Below are positions 18,308 to 27,621 of a stretch of DNA of 60,658 nt, in pieces (the stretch's first letter is position 1; every line of letters starts with the position of its first letter). Location: contig JANPLG010000399.1 of the NCBI GenBank assembly GCA_031426395.1, positions 1-60,658 of the forward strand, written 5' to 3'. This DNA is from Actinomycetes bacterium. Its GTDB lineage: Bacteria > Armatimonadota > SYMT01. The position numbers were made by a program, and so were the translations under genes. The notes below the pieces were generated by a model. The model saw only the letters and a list, made by a program, of their open reading frames with translations, was not told the DNA's origin and searched no databases.

Positions 18308-19525
18308 CTACTGCCCACCGCTCAGGCTCTGAATCACGGTGATGAGCGGGCTCAGCACCCCTAAGGCGACCCATCCCGCCAGCAGCGCGAGGCCGAGGAT
18401 GAAGATCGGCTCCACCAGCGCGCCCACCCGCGCGGCGAGGTAGTCCACGCGCTCCGAGTACCATCCGGCGAGGCGGTCGAGGGCCCCCGGCAGGTCACTG
18501 CCGCTCTCCGCCGCCGCCACCTGCCCAATGAAGGTGGGCGGCAGGATGCCGGCATGGGCGAAGGAAGCGGCGAGCGATTCGCCGGCGGCCACGCGTGGGA
18601 TCGCGTCCCACATGGCGGCCTGGAGGAGCGGGCTCTCCGCGCCCTGGCCGGCCAGCCGCAGCGCGTCCAGGAGCGGCACTCCTCCGCGTAGGAGAACCGC
18701 AAGGAGACGGGTGAGCCGCAGCAGCGCCAGGTTCTCCCACAGCACGCCGATCACGGGAATCCGCGTCCGGAGATGCGCCCAGTGGAAAGGCGACTGCCGC
18801 TCACGCCTGCGGATGGCCCACCATGTGCCCAGAGCCGCCCCCGGGACCACCAATGCGAGCAGCGGGCAGACCGCGCCGCCAAAGAACTGGAGCGCCCGCG
18901 TGGCGAGCGGGAGCTGTTCATCCTTTAGGCCCAGCTCCTTGTAGAGCGCGAAGAAATTGGGCTGGATCAGCGCGAAGCTCAGCGCCAGCAGCGCCAGCGT
19001 GAAGGCGCCCACCACCTGCGGGTAGACAAGCGCCGTCCGAATCCGGAGCGAGGCCTGCCCCGCGCGCTCTGTGTACTCCGCGAGGTCCCGGAGCACCGCC
19101 GGAAGGTGGCCCCCAATCTCCGCAGCTTCCAGGAGGCGCGTATGGAGCGGCGAGAAGAGCTGCGGATAGGCCTCCAGGGCATGGGAGAAGGCACCGCCGC
19201 CTTGCAGCGTGCGGGTCACGTCGAGCAGGAGGGCGCGGAATACCGGGTTCTGGGTCTCCCGCGCCTGGAGCTCCACGGCCGTTGGAAGCGCGACCCCGTT
19301 GCCCAGCATGGTGGCAAGTTGCCGGTAGAGGGTGCAGAGCTCCCCCTCGCTGACGGAGCGGGCGTAGCGGCGGAGGCGGCGGTCCGGGCGGAGCGGGACC
19401 ACCCGGCTCAGCGTGCAGCCCTCGCTGCGAAGCCGGTGTGCCAGCGCCGGGAGGCTGGGCGCTGTCAGCGACAGCTCGCCGGTGCCGCCGGAGGAATCAG
19501 TGAACTGGACCAGGTAGCTCGGCAT
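18308..19525 (-). CDS. GspF/PilC family inner-membrane platform protein
   Basis: RQLATMLGNGVAL, AAEIGGHL, ALVYP, VLLRGGVPLLDAL, AAESGSDL, ALVEPI; two T2SSF repeats. Confidence 0.92.
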   Translation of the reverse strand: MPSYLVQFTDSSGGTGELSLTAPSLPALAHRLRSEGCTLSRVVPLRPDRRLRRYARSVSEGELCTLYRQLATMLGNGVALPTAVELQARETQNPVFRALLLDVTRTLQGGGAFSHALEAYPQLFSPLHTRLLEAAEIGGHLPAVLRDLAEYTERAGQASLRIRTALVYPQVVGAFTLALLALSFALIQPNFFALYKELGLKDEQLPLATRALQFFGGAVCPLLALVVPGAALGTWWAIRRRERQSPFHWAHLRTRIPVIGVLWENLALLRLTRLLAVLLRGGVPLLDALRLAGQGAESPLLQAAMWDAIPRVAAGESLAASFAHAGILPPTFIGQVAAAESGSDLPGALDRLAGWYSERVDYLAARVGALVEPIFILGLALLAGWVALGVLSPLITVIQSLSGGQ

Positions 19526-19756
19526 AGGCGGGGAACGGCGGGGAAAGCGGGTATCCCGTTCTTAACGAGGTTTCAGTCGGCTGGTTGCGGCCGGCTCGAA
19601 AAAAGTCTGCTCCGTGCGGAGATCGAAGAAGAGCACGTTGCCCAATTGCTCCAGCGCGGTAGTCCCTGTGTGCGGGGGTCGGAGGTCCATGACAACGATT
19701 GCGGTGAAGCAAGTGACAGCACCTTGGAAGTCCCGGACAAGGTAAGGAGACCGCTG

Positions 19757-20995
19757 ATGGATCGACGCACTCTGCTGGCCGCTCTGGCCGGAGCACTGCC
19801 GGCCGCTGCCATGCGACCGGCGCTGGCGGATGACCCCAAGCTGCCTCCCATCCGCGCCATTACCCGCGGCCAGCGGTTCCACTGGTTCGGCTACTACGAC
19901 AAGCTGGAGTTTGATCCCAGCAGCCGCTTCGTGCTCTCCAACCAGGTCGATTTCGAACATCGCTCACCGCGCCGCGAGGATCAGATCCGGGTCGGGATGG
20001 TCGATACGGAGGATGGCGACCGCTGGACGGAGTTGGGCACCAGCCTCGCGTGGAACTGGCAGCAGGGGTGCATGCTCCAGTGGCTTCCCGGCTCCAAGAC
20101 CGAAGTCCTCTGGAACGACCGCGAGGGCGACCGCTTCGTCTGCCACATTGCCGACATCAAGAGCGGCAAGCGCCGCACGATCCCGCACCCCGTCTACTGC
20201 GTCAGTCCGGACGGGCGGTGGGGCCTCGCCCCCGATTTCCGGCGCCTCAACGACACCCGGCCCGGCTACGGCTACGCGGGACTGCCGGACCCCAACCGGG
20301 AGAAGCTGGCGCCGGAAGACGCCGGCATCTGGAAGGTGGACCTCCGCACTGGGAAGCAGGAGTTGCTTCTCTCATTTGCGGACACAGCGCGGATTGCGTA
20401 TCCGGGCGGCTTCAGCCAGGGCGCCAAGCACTGGTTCAACCACCTGCTCTTCGCCCCGGATGGGAAGCGCTTCATCTTCCTCCACCGCTGGCGCGGCGAT
20501 AAGGAAGGCCGCGGCTTCTCAACCCGGATGTTCACGGCGGGGCTGGACGGCAAGGACCTCCACATCCTGGACCCGCACGGGAAGACCAGCCACTTCATCT
20601 GGCGGGACCCGCAGCATGTCCTCGCATGGGCGTGGCATCCCTCCCACGGTGATCGGTTTTACCTCTACCAGGATCGCACGGATAAAGTAGAGGTCATCGG
20701 CAAGGAGGTGATGACCGTCAACGGGCATTGCACCTACCTTCCGGGCAACCGCTGGATATTGAATGACACCTATCCCGATCCGCAGCGGCTGCAGCACGTC
20801 TTTATCTACGAGGTGGCGACGGGTCGTCGCGTGCCGCTGGGTTCCTTTCACTCGCCCCGGGAGTATGCTGGGGAGTGGCGGTGTGACACGCATCCGCGTT
20901 TCAGCCCGGACGGCAACAGGGTCGTGATCGATTCGCCGCACGGAGGCAACGGGCGCCAGCTGTACCTCATAGAAATCGGGGCGCTCATCCGCTGA
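19757..20995 (+). CDS. Tat-exported beta-propeller protein (oligogalacturonate lyase/TolB-like)
   Basis: AAGGAG RBS; MDRRTLLAALAG Tat signal; HWFGYYDK, WNWQQG, HLLFAPDG, RCDTHPRFSPDG. Confidence 0.75.
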   Translation: MDRRTLLAALAGALPAAAMRPALADDPKLPPIRAITRGQRFHWFGYYDKLEFDPSSRFVLSNQVDFEHRSPRREDQIRVGMVDTEDGDRWTELGTSLAWNWQQGCMLQWLPGSKTEVLWNDREGDRFVCHIADIKSGKRRTIPHPVYCVSPDGRWGLAPDFRRLNDTRPGYGYAGLPDPNREKLAPEDAGIWKVDLRTGKQELLLSFADTARIAYPGGFSQGAKHWFNHLLFAPDGKRFIFLHRWRGDKEGRGFSTRMFTAGLDGKDLHILDPHGKTSHFIWRDPQHVLAWAWHPSHGDRFYLYQDRTDKVEVIGKEVMTVNGHCTYLPGNRWILNDTYPDPQRLQHVFIYEVATGRRVPLGSFHSPREYAGEWRCDTHPRFSPDGNRVVIDSPHGGNGRQLYLIEIGALIR

Positions 20996-21007
20996 AAGTA
21001 GAAGTTC

Positions 21008-21778
21008 TTGAATCGAGTGCTGTTAGGGGTGACGGGATCGGTGGCTGCGGTCAAGACCCCCCTGCTGGCGAGTGCCCTGCGCGGTGCCGGAATGGACGTC
21101 AAGCTCGTCCCAACTGGCCCCGCGCTCACATTTTTTGATCCGGTAGCCATTGCTACTGGGAATGGGCATCGTCATTCCACCGCCAGAGCTCCCAACGGGC
21201 ACGGCGTGAGCATGGACGGCCTCTCCGTACGTGGGCAGACCTCCGTCTACCTGGATGAGGACGAATGGCCCAGCGGCCGCCTCTTCGAGGTCGGCGAGCC
21301 AGTCCTCCACATCGAGCTCCGCAAGTGGGCCGACCTCCTCATCATCGCCCCTCTGGACGCCAACACGCTTGCGAAGATGGCGGGCGGCCAGTGCGACAAC
21401 CTGCTGACCTGCGTCTACCGGGCGTGGGACTTCACACGACCCGTGATCCTTGCTCCGGCCATGAACACGCTGATGTGGGAGCATCCCGTCACCCGACAGA
21501 ACCTGGGGCAGCTCCAGGAGTATCACGGCGGTGGCACCGCCCGCGCCCGGTCCACCTCCGACGAAATGACCATTCAGGTGAACGCGCGCTGCCCGCACCT
21601 CTGGGTCGTCCCCCCGCAGGAGAAGCGGCTGGCCTGCGGAGACGTTGGCAACGGCGGCATGGCGGAGGTCGAAGACATCGTCCGCATCGCGGTCGAGGCG
21701 CTCGCCCATCGTGACGACCTGCCCCCCCGTCCAATCGTTCGGAAGGCCAAGCGGGAGCGTGCGGCGGGTTCGTGGTAG
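21008..21778 (+). CDS. coaC: Monofunctional phosphopantothenoylcysteine decarboxylase (HFCD flavoprotein, HAL3/PPCDC type)
   Basis: LLGVTGSVAA, VLHIELRKWAD, APLDANTLAK, CDNLLTC, PAMNTLMW, KRLACGDVGNGGMAE; no CoaB domain; TTG start. Confidence 0.88.
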   Translation: MNRVLLGVTGSVAAVKTPLLASALRGAGMDVKLVPTGPALTFFDPVAIATGNGHRHSTARAPNGHGVSMDGLSVRGQTSVYLDEDEWPSGRLFEVGEPVLHIELRKWADLLIIAPLDANTLAKMAGGQCDNLLTCVYRAWDFTRPVILAPAMNTLMWEHPVTRQNLGQLQEYHGGGTARARSTSDEMTIQVNARCPHLWVVPPQEKRLACGDVGNGGMAEVEDIVRIAVEALAHRDDLPPRPIVRKAKRERAAGSW

Positions 21779-22026
21779 CGTTAGAGTGCCCGGTGAGAGA
21801 CGATGACAGCCTGCCGCCCGTCGCACATCCAACTCCATCTGTCCCCAATCTGGCCCATTCCTGATCTGTGTCCCTTCTGTGAACTCTGTCTCCGTTTGTA
21901 TCGAAGATGGAGAGTAGCCGAGCAGCAGAGATTAGAGGGCGAAGGGAGCGCTGCGGTATCGGGCGAATGAAACGGCAGTGCGCCGATAGCCGGTGCGCAC
22001 TCGTCCGCTTCTCGATTCCACCTCTC

Positions 22027-22722
22027 ATGCAGCAACCGCCTAACTTCCCCATCGTTCAGGTATCACTCGATCTTCCCACCCTCGCCGACGCCATGCCCGT
22101 GGCCGAGATTGCCGTCCGCGCCGGTGTGGACTGGCTGGAAGCCGGCACCCCCTTGATCCTCGGCGAGGGGATGCACGCTGTTCGCGCCTTGCGGGAAGCC
22201 TTCCCACACCATCCCATCGTGGCGGACCTGAAAACCATGGACGCCGGCTACCTGGAAGCCGAGATGATGTTCAAGGCGGGAGCGACCCATGTCGTAGTGA
22301 TGGGCGTCGCGCATCCGGCGACCATTGCGGGTGCCGTCCGCGCTGCCAAGGAGTTCGGTGGCGCGGTCATGGGCGATGTCATGGTCCACCCGGACAAGCC
22401 CGCCTGCGCCCGCATGATGCAGGACCTGGGAGTGGACTACATCATCGTCCATACCGGCCTGGACGAGCGGAACGCCGAGAAGGGCAAGCATCCCTTCGAT
22501 GACCTGGAGGCCGTTGTGGCGGCGGTCACCATTCCTGTTCAGGCGGTGGGCGGCCTCTCCATCGAACAGGCGATCCAAGCACCGAAGCTCGGTGCGCCCC
22601 TGGTGGTGATTGGCGCGCCGCTGGTGGTGGACAACGAAGAGTTCAAGCCCAGCACCTCCGACACCCGCCTCTTCGACATCCTGAAGCGCATCGTGACCGA
22701 AGTGAAGGGGACCGCCCAGTAG
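22027..22722 (+). CDS. OMP-decarboxylase/HUMPS family protein (3-hexulose-6-phosphate synthase-like)
   Basis: VQVSLD, LEAGTPLI, ADLKTMDAG (DxKxxD), IVHTGLD, AVGGL. Confidence 0.85.
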   Translation: MQQPPNFPIVQVSLDLPTLADAMPVAEIAVRAGVDWLEAGTPLILGEGMHAVRALREAFPHHPIVADLKTMDAGYLEAEMMFKAGATHVVVMGVAHPATIAGAVRAAKEFGGAVMGDVMVHPDKPACARMMQDLGVDYIIVHTGLDERNAEKGKHPFDDLEAVVAAVTIPVQAVGGLSIEQAIQAPKLGAPLVVIGAPLVVDNEEFKPSTSDTRLFDILKRIVTEVKGTAQ

Positions 22723-22775
22723 TCAGTCGTCAGCCAGGTGCCTTCATGAGGCCTTCGGCGGAAAGATCGCGCGGA

Positions 22776-23726
22776 TCAGGCCACTGGCCCGTAGTGTGCG
22801 CCCCAGCCCGCTGCGAGCTTCTTGCCGACTGCGGAAAGCGCCCGCTGTTCATCCTGGCTCAGCGGTACGAATTCGCGCGCCCACTTGAGGTTCTGCCGCA
22901 GCTCTTCCCGCGTAGACATCCCAAGAACTGCCAGACTGGCACCCGGGAGGGAGAGGGCATACCGCAGAGCAGAGTTCAGGTACTCCTTCGGCATCTTAGA
23001 GTTGCTCATCCCGGGCTTGTCGTAGATCATCCCGCCGTAGACCTTCATCGCCACAAGGCCGATGCCCTTGCGCCGCGCCGCCGACCATACCCGGTCCTCG
23101 AAGCCGTAGGTATGGCGGTCGACGAAGTTGACGGCGTTCATCAGGACATCGATGTCGTGGTCCGCGAGGATCTTGAGGAAGGAGGCCGGGCGGTGATGCC
23201 CGCTGATCCCCACGAAGCGCGTGAGGCCCTTCTGCTTCGCCCGGAGCAGCGCTTGCAGCACCCCGTTCTTCCCCATCACCCGCGCCGTATCCATATCCCC
23301 AAGGGAATGAATGTGTACGAGGTCGGCATGGTCGGTGCGTAGCTCCTTCAGGTTCTTCTCCAGCATCCGGAGCGCCGCCTCGCCGTCCGCCTCATGGCAC
23401 TTGGTGACCAGAAACATCTCCTTACGCCGGGTCTTCGTCACTAGACCCAACTGCTTCTGGGCTCGGCCATAGCCGGTGTGCGTTGGGGCCGTGTCGAAGT
23501 AGGTGATGCCCTGGTCCAGCGCCTCGTGGTAGAGCGCTGCGCCGATCTCCTGGCTCCGTCGGATGCCCGTGGGCGCCGTCCCAAATCCCAGGATCGGCAC
23601 CTCCACCCCCGTCCTACCCAGCTTGCGCCGAGGGAGCGATTGAAGCGCCGCATCCGAGGGTTCCTCGGAAAGCCCCAGGGCGGCTCCTGCGGCGAGCAGG
23701 GCGCGGCGATCGAACATGGGTGGCAT
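22776..23726 (-). CDS. Tat-signal aldo/keto reductase
   Basis: FDRRALL Tat motif; RRKLGRTG, LGFG, YFDTAPTH, LVTK, DLVHIH, GISGH; GAGGTG RBS. Confidence 0.88.
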   Translation of the reverse strand: MPPMFDRRALLAAGAALGLSEEPSDAALQSLPRRKLGRTGVEVPILGFGTAPTGIRRSQEIGAALYHEALDQGITYFDTAPTHTGYGRAQKQLGLVTKTRRKEMFLVTKCHEADGEAALRMLEKNLKELRTDHADLVHIHSLGDMDTARVMGKNGVLQALLRAKQKGLTRFVGISGHHRPASFLKILADHDIDVLMNAVNFVDRHTYGFEDRVWSAARRKGIGLVAMKVYGGMIYDKPGMSNSKMPKEYLNSALRYALSLPGASLAVLGMSTREELRQNLKWAREFVPLSQDEQRALSAVGKKLAAGWGAHYGPVA

Positions 23727-23785
23727 GGGCTGGCACCTCGACGGTGAAGAGCGGCGGCGGCAAGCAGGTAGCACTATTCTACCTT

Positions 23786-23885
23786 GCCCGCTACACCACA
23801 CCCGCAAGCCCGCTACACCACACCCACAAGCCCGCTACACCACACCCGCAAGCCCGCTATACCACACCCGCAAGCCCGCTATACC
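23786..23885. repeat. 22-bp tandem repeat, about 4.5 copies
   Basis: Unit GCCCGCTA(C/T)ACCACACCC(G/A)CAA at 23786, 23808, 23830 and 23852 plus a partial copy; no spacers. Confidence 0.95.
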
Positions 23886-24321
23886 TTGAATCTGTCGGTG
23901 GGAGCGCCGATTACGGTGCCCAGCCTTGCAAAGGTTCAAACAGTTGTTATGGTAGTAGGGCACCCACGGCGCGCATCGCTTCGATTCACACGCCACATGA
24001 GGTCGGCGCGTGAGCGCGCGCACCACCCAACCTCCAGGTCAGCCTGCTCTTGAAGGTGAGCCATCCCAGTTTCCACGCCCGCACCTGCCGCGTGGGTTGC
24101 AGCGAGAGGCCCCCGGAGGTTTACCGAGGGTCATCCGCTGGTAGGAAAGAAACGGACTTCACGAGCCCCTTCAGCTCACCGCATTCTGTCCGCGCGTCCG
24201 TCGCGCCAGTCCCCGTTGGGACGACATCAGTGCTGGTGGGGCTCTTTCTCCCGTCGTTCCGAGCCTTATGGCTTTGTCACGCGTGGAGTTGACCGACTGA
24301 CGAAAGGCAATGCAGTAACCC

Positions 24322-25608
24322 ATGTTCGACTTCTTGATTGTTGGTGCGGGATTCGCCGGAAGTGTTCTAGCAGAGCGGCTCGCAACCCAGGAGGGGAAGA
24401 AAGTCCTGGTCATTGATAAGCGCAACCACATCGGCGGCAACGCTTACGACCACTACAACGAGGACGGGATCCTAGTCCACAAGTACGGACCCCACATCTT
24501 CCACACCAACTCGGAGCGCGTGTTCGAGTACCTCTCACAGTTCACCGAGTGGCGTCCATACGAGCACCGCGTGCTGGCGGAAGTGGACGGACAGCTCCTC
24601 CCGATCCCGATCAACCGCACCACCATCAATAAGCTCTACAACCTTGACCTGAAATCGGACGAAGAGTGCGAGGAGTTCCTGGCTAGCCGCGCGGAGCCGG
24701 TGGAGCAGTGCCGGACCAGCGAGGACGTCGTGGTCAGCAAGGTCGGGCGGGAGCTGTATGAGAAGTTCTTCCGCGGCTACACCCGAAAGCAGTGGGGCCT
24801 CGACCCCTCAGAGCTGGACGCACAGGTGACAGCCCGGGTGCCCACGCGCACCAACACGGACGACCGGTACTTCACGGACACGTTCCAGGCCATGCCGCTG
24901 CACGGCTACACGCGGATGTTCGAGAAGATGCTTGATCACCCCAACATCCAGGTCATGCTCAACGCGGACTACCGCGATGCGATGGGAGTGATCCCCTACC
25001 GCGAGATGATCTTCACCGGGCCAGTGGACCAGTACTTCGACTACCGCTACGGCAAGCTGCCCTACCGCTCCCTTGAGTTCAAGCACGAGACGCTGAACAA
25101 AGAGCAGCACCTTCCCGTGGCCGTAGTCAACTCCCCGAACGAGCACGAGTACACCCGCGTCACGGAGTTCAAGCAGCTCACCGGGCAGGAGCACCAGAAG
25201 ACCAGCGTGGTCTACGAGTTCCCCCGCGGCGAAGGCGATCCTTACTATCCGATCCCGAAACCGGAGTGCAACGCGCTCTACAAGAAGTACCAGGAACTGG
25301 CGGAGCGCACTCCCGGCGTCTGGTTCGTTGGGCGGCTGGCGACCTATAAGTACTACAACATGGACCAGGTTGTTGCCCAAGCGCTCAGCACCTTCGAGAA
25401 GGTGATCGGCACCCGCCGAGAGCGCATGGCAGTGACTGCTGCCCGGTCCGCCTTGGTGGAGTCTGCGGGTGACGCTGCCGTCGCGACGGCAGTGCGGACG
25501 GCCCGTCCTGAAACGGTAGCCGTGACCTCGAACGGCTTGAACGGACTGAACGGCCACTCAAGCAAGGCATCCACCAGGGCTACCATCTCTCTGGAAGATG
25601 AAGAGTAG
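24322..25608 (+). CDS. glf: UDP-galactopyranose mutase
   Basis: IVGAGFAG, HIGGNAYD, HKYGPHIFHT, YTRKQWG, EPYYP-like GDPYYP, GRLATYKYYNMDQ. Confidence 0.96.
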   Translation: MFDFLIVGAGFAGSVLAERLATQEGKKVLVIDKRNHIGGNAYDHYNEDGILVHKYGPHIFHTNSERVFEYLSQFTEWRPYEHRVLAEVDGQLLPIPINRTTINKLYNLDLKSDEECEEFLASRAEPVEQCRTSEDVVVSKVGRELYEKFFRGYTRKQWGLDPSELDAQVTARVPTRTNTDDRYFTDTFQAMPLHGYTRMFEKMLDHPNIQVMLNADYRDAMGVIPYREMIFTGPVDQYFDYRYGKLPYRSLEFKHETLNKEQHLPVAVVNSPNEHEYTRVTEFKQLTGQEHQKTSVVYEFPRGEGDPYYPIPKPECNALYKKYQELAERTPGVWFVGRLATYKYYNMDQVVAQALSTFEKVIGTRRERMAVTAARSALVESAGDAAVATAVRTARPETVAVTSNGLNGLNGHSSKASTRATISLEDEE

Positions 25609-25712
25609 CGCCCGCCTCGCGCCAGTCAAGCACGGCAGCCTGGAGAGATCGTCCGGTCCACCGGCCGATCTCTCCAGGATCAATGCAAAAGCGACTACTT
25701 TCCGGACTGCCG

Positions 25713-26615
25713 CTACGCCAGCGCGGCTGCCCGGAAGGAGCGCATGTCCGGGGCGGTCAGGGCGGATTCCAACAAGTGCCGGGCACGCTCCTCGTCCACG
25801 GTGCCCAGAACCGTGCGAACATCTTCCGGCAGCGTCCCGAATCGAAGTTCCAGTACTGTCTGGACAGCTTGCGCGCATCCCTCGGCGCGACCTTCCGACC
25901 GGCCTTCCGACCGCCCTTCCGAACGGCCTTCCGAACGGCCTTTCGCGGTTGCTTCGTCAACAATCTTCTTGAGCAGGGGACTCTCAATCATCAGGCTTCC
26001 TCCCAGGGCTTCGAGAAGTCTTGGGTCATTATAGCGGAGGCTGGCCAGAATCTGCGTCACTGCCATCAGGCTGGGACGGTCCTCGGCTGGCGCTTCTTCC
26101 AGCAGGGCCCTGCATTGCTGGAAGAGATCCTCAGGGGTCTTCTCGTATCGGGTGAGTGGAATCCAGGGCACGAGACCGGGGAGCCGCAGCGCAAGCAGCT
26201 CTTCTCCGGGCAACTCCCACAGTTCCACCACGCGCCAACGGAGATGGAGTTCTGAATGGAGCTGCCGGCTGGTGGTGGAGAGGGTTGACGGCACTCGGAA
26301 GGTTCCCTTGGGACGCAGCACAAGTACGATGGTTTCCGGGAGCTGGTTACGCCCCAGGTAGACAAGGAGCGCATCGCGGGCAAGCTGCCGGGAGACGCGT
26401 CGTTCCGGAAAGGTGGCGATCTCAAAGACGTAGAGGGTTGGCTCCGCCTCCCCTTCGTGCCACGCTTCGATTACCCCATCCGGCAGTTGGCCGGGCTGGA
26501 CCAGCTCTGCCGCCACGGATCGCCACCGCGTGAATCCGGAGACGCCGGCCAGGCGCAGCAAGGCATCCCCGTAATGCTCGATCAGCCACTTGCTACTGCG
26601 GTCAAATTGGCCCAT
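25713..26615 (-). CDS. Rpn/YhgA-like (PD-(D/E)XK, transposase-31-like) protein
   Basis: FDRSSKWL, LPDG...VFEIAT, VVELWELP, C-terminal (EGRS)n repeat followed by VLELRFG. Confidence 0.7.
   Translation of the reverse strand: MGQFDRSSKWLIEHYGDALLRLAGVSGFTRWRSVAAELVQPGQLPDGVIEAWHEGEAEPTLYVFEIATFPERRVSRQLARDALLVYLGRNQLPETIVLVLRPKGTFRVPSTLSTTSRQLHSELHLRWRVVELWELPGEELLALRLPGLVPWIPLTRYEKTPEDLFQQCRALLEEAPAEDRPSLMAVTQILASLRYNDPRLLEALGGSLMIESPLLKKIVDEATAKGRSEGRSEGRSEGRSEGRAEGCAQAVQTVLELRFGTLPEDVRTVLGTVDEERARHLLESALTAPDMRSFRAAALA
25891..25938. repeat. 12-bp x4 coding repeat (EGRS)
   Basis: CCTTCCGA(C/A)CG(G/C) x4. Confidence 0.9.
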
Positions 26616-26660
26616 TGGCTTCGGTGCATCCACAGATGAAGCAAGAACATACGGCGCGGC

Positions 26661-27431
26661 TTAACGGAAGCGCCAGATCAGGTTCGCGCCAAGGTCTTGG
26701 CCGAGGATAGCGTTGGCCGTGTAGCTCTTGACGTGCCCATCACCGAACACGAGGTTGGTGCGCCCACTCCCCTTGCGATCCGCGAAGTGACGGCAGAACA
26801 CCGGCTTCAACTGCCCCGGAGACAGGGCGCTTCCCGCTACCAGGTCAAAGTCAGCGACCAGCGGCGTTGATAAGCGCGGGTCCGTAGCGTTGGCCCTGCC
26901 CACGTTCGGATCAAAAGTGTAGCCGCGGTACTTCAGCGCTGGGTCGCCGGAAGCGGTCTCCGCGAAAAGGACTGTGCGAGCCGACTCGTCCAGCATAGAG
27001 AGCGGCGTGACACTGGCGGGTCCTTCGACGCCGGCTGGATCAAAGGCCGCCCGCGCGTTGTATCCGATAGGAAGCCATCCGCGTCCCGCCCAGTCTGGCT
27101 CAAACCGGCTATTGGAACGGCTGCTGGGGCAGAGGAAGATTCCGGTGTTCTTCACGTACGGCTGAACGGTCGCCATCCACATTCGGTCGGGCGCCGTGGC
27201 TGCCGCAGCGTAGTTGACCGCCATCGGGAGCGTCTCGTCATAGTCCTGGGTGTACATCATCACCCCCAGGCTGAGCTGCTTCATGTTCGAAGCGCATGAC
27301 GTGGCGCGCGCGGACTCGCGCACCTGGGCGAAGACGGGAAAGAGAATCGCGGCGAGGATGGCGATGATAGCGATCACCACGAGTAACTCAATGAGCGTAA
27401 AGCCCTTCGGCCACCGGCACCTGCGGGACAT
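26661..27431 (-). CDS. Prepilin-type N-terminal cleavage/methylation DUF1559 protein
   Basis: G|[43 protein letters not shown]; C-terminal [11 protein letters not shown]. Confidence 0.92.
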   Translation of the reverse strand: MSRRCRWPKGFTLIELLVVIAIIAILAAILFPVFAQVRESARATSCASNMKQLSLGVMMYTQDYDETLPMAVNYAAAATAPDRMWMATVQPYVKNTGIFLCPSSRSNSRFEPDWAGRGWLPIGYNARAAFDPAGVEGPASVTPLSMLDESARTVLFAETASGDPALKYRGYTFDPNVGRANATDPRLSTPLVADFDLVAGSALSPGQLKPVFCRHFADRKGSGRTNLVFGDGHVKSYTANAILGQDLGANLIWRFR

Positions 27432-27621
27432 CCAAGAACTCCAAGGGCAACACTTCAAGCGTCCGGCTCATGACGATGTTCGGCACAAGCGGCACACGGC
27501 CTGTTGCGATCCGTGGCGAATTCGCTGCCTGACCGCGCCCGCAGCTTTTGGACGCACGGAAGAGTTCTCGGTCACCCGTTAAAGAGCGACTGACCCGACC
27601 CTTTGCCCATCGCCCCCGGTG

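Noticed and set aside
19562-19690. 42-aa minus-strand ORF upstream of the pilC-like gene
   Set aside because: No RBS or motif; it sits in a divergent promoter region.
19106-19756. N-terminal extension of the beta-propeller ORF
   Set aside because: It is antisense to the pilC-like gene; a clear AAGGAG RBS and Tat signal mark the start at 19757.
21830-21900. TCTGT-rich short repeats between coaC and the HUMPS gene
   Set aside because: Units are too irregular to define and there is no partner arm.
23786-23885. CRISPR array
   Set aside because: The repeats are directly adjacent with no unique spacers and no cas genes; it is a simple tandem repeat.
23897-23965. REP-like GTGG/GTAG hairpins after the 22-bp repeat
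   Set aside because: Stems are short and imperfect and do not match the 12717/12830 palindromes.
25713-26640. Insertion sequence around the Rpn-like gene
   Set aside because: No terminal inverted repeats or target-site duplication are visible.
27432-27620. c-di-GMP riboswitch upstream of the DUF1559 pilin or other pil genes
   Set aside because: No GGCAAAC...GACGCAAAGC-type GEMM core was found here or at 19526-19756; an Infernal scan would be needed to exclude it fully.
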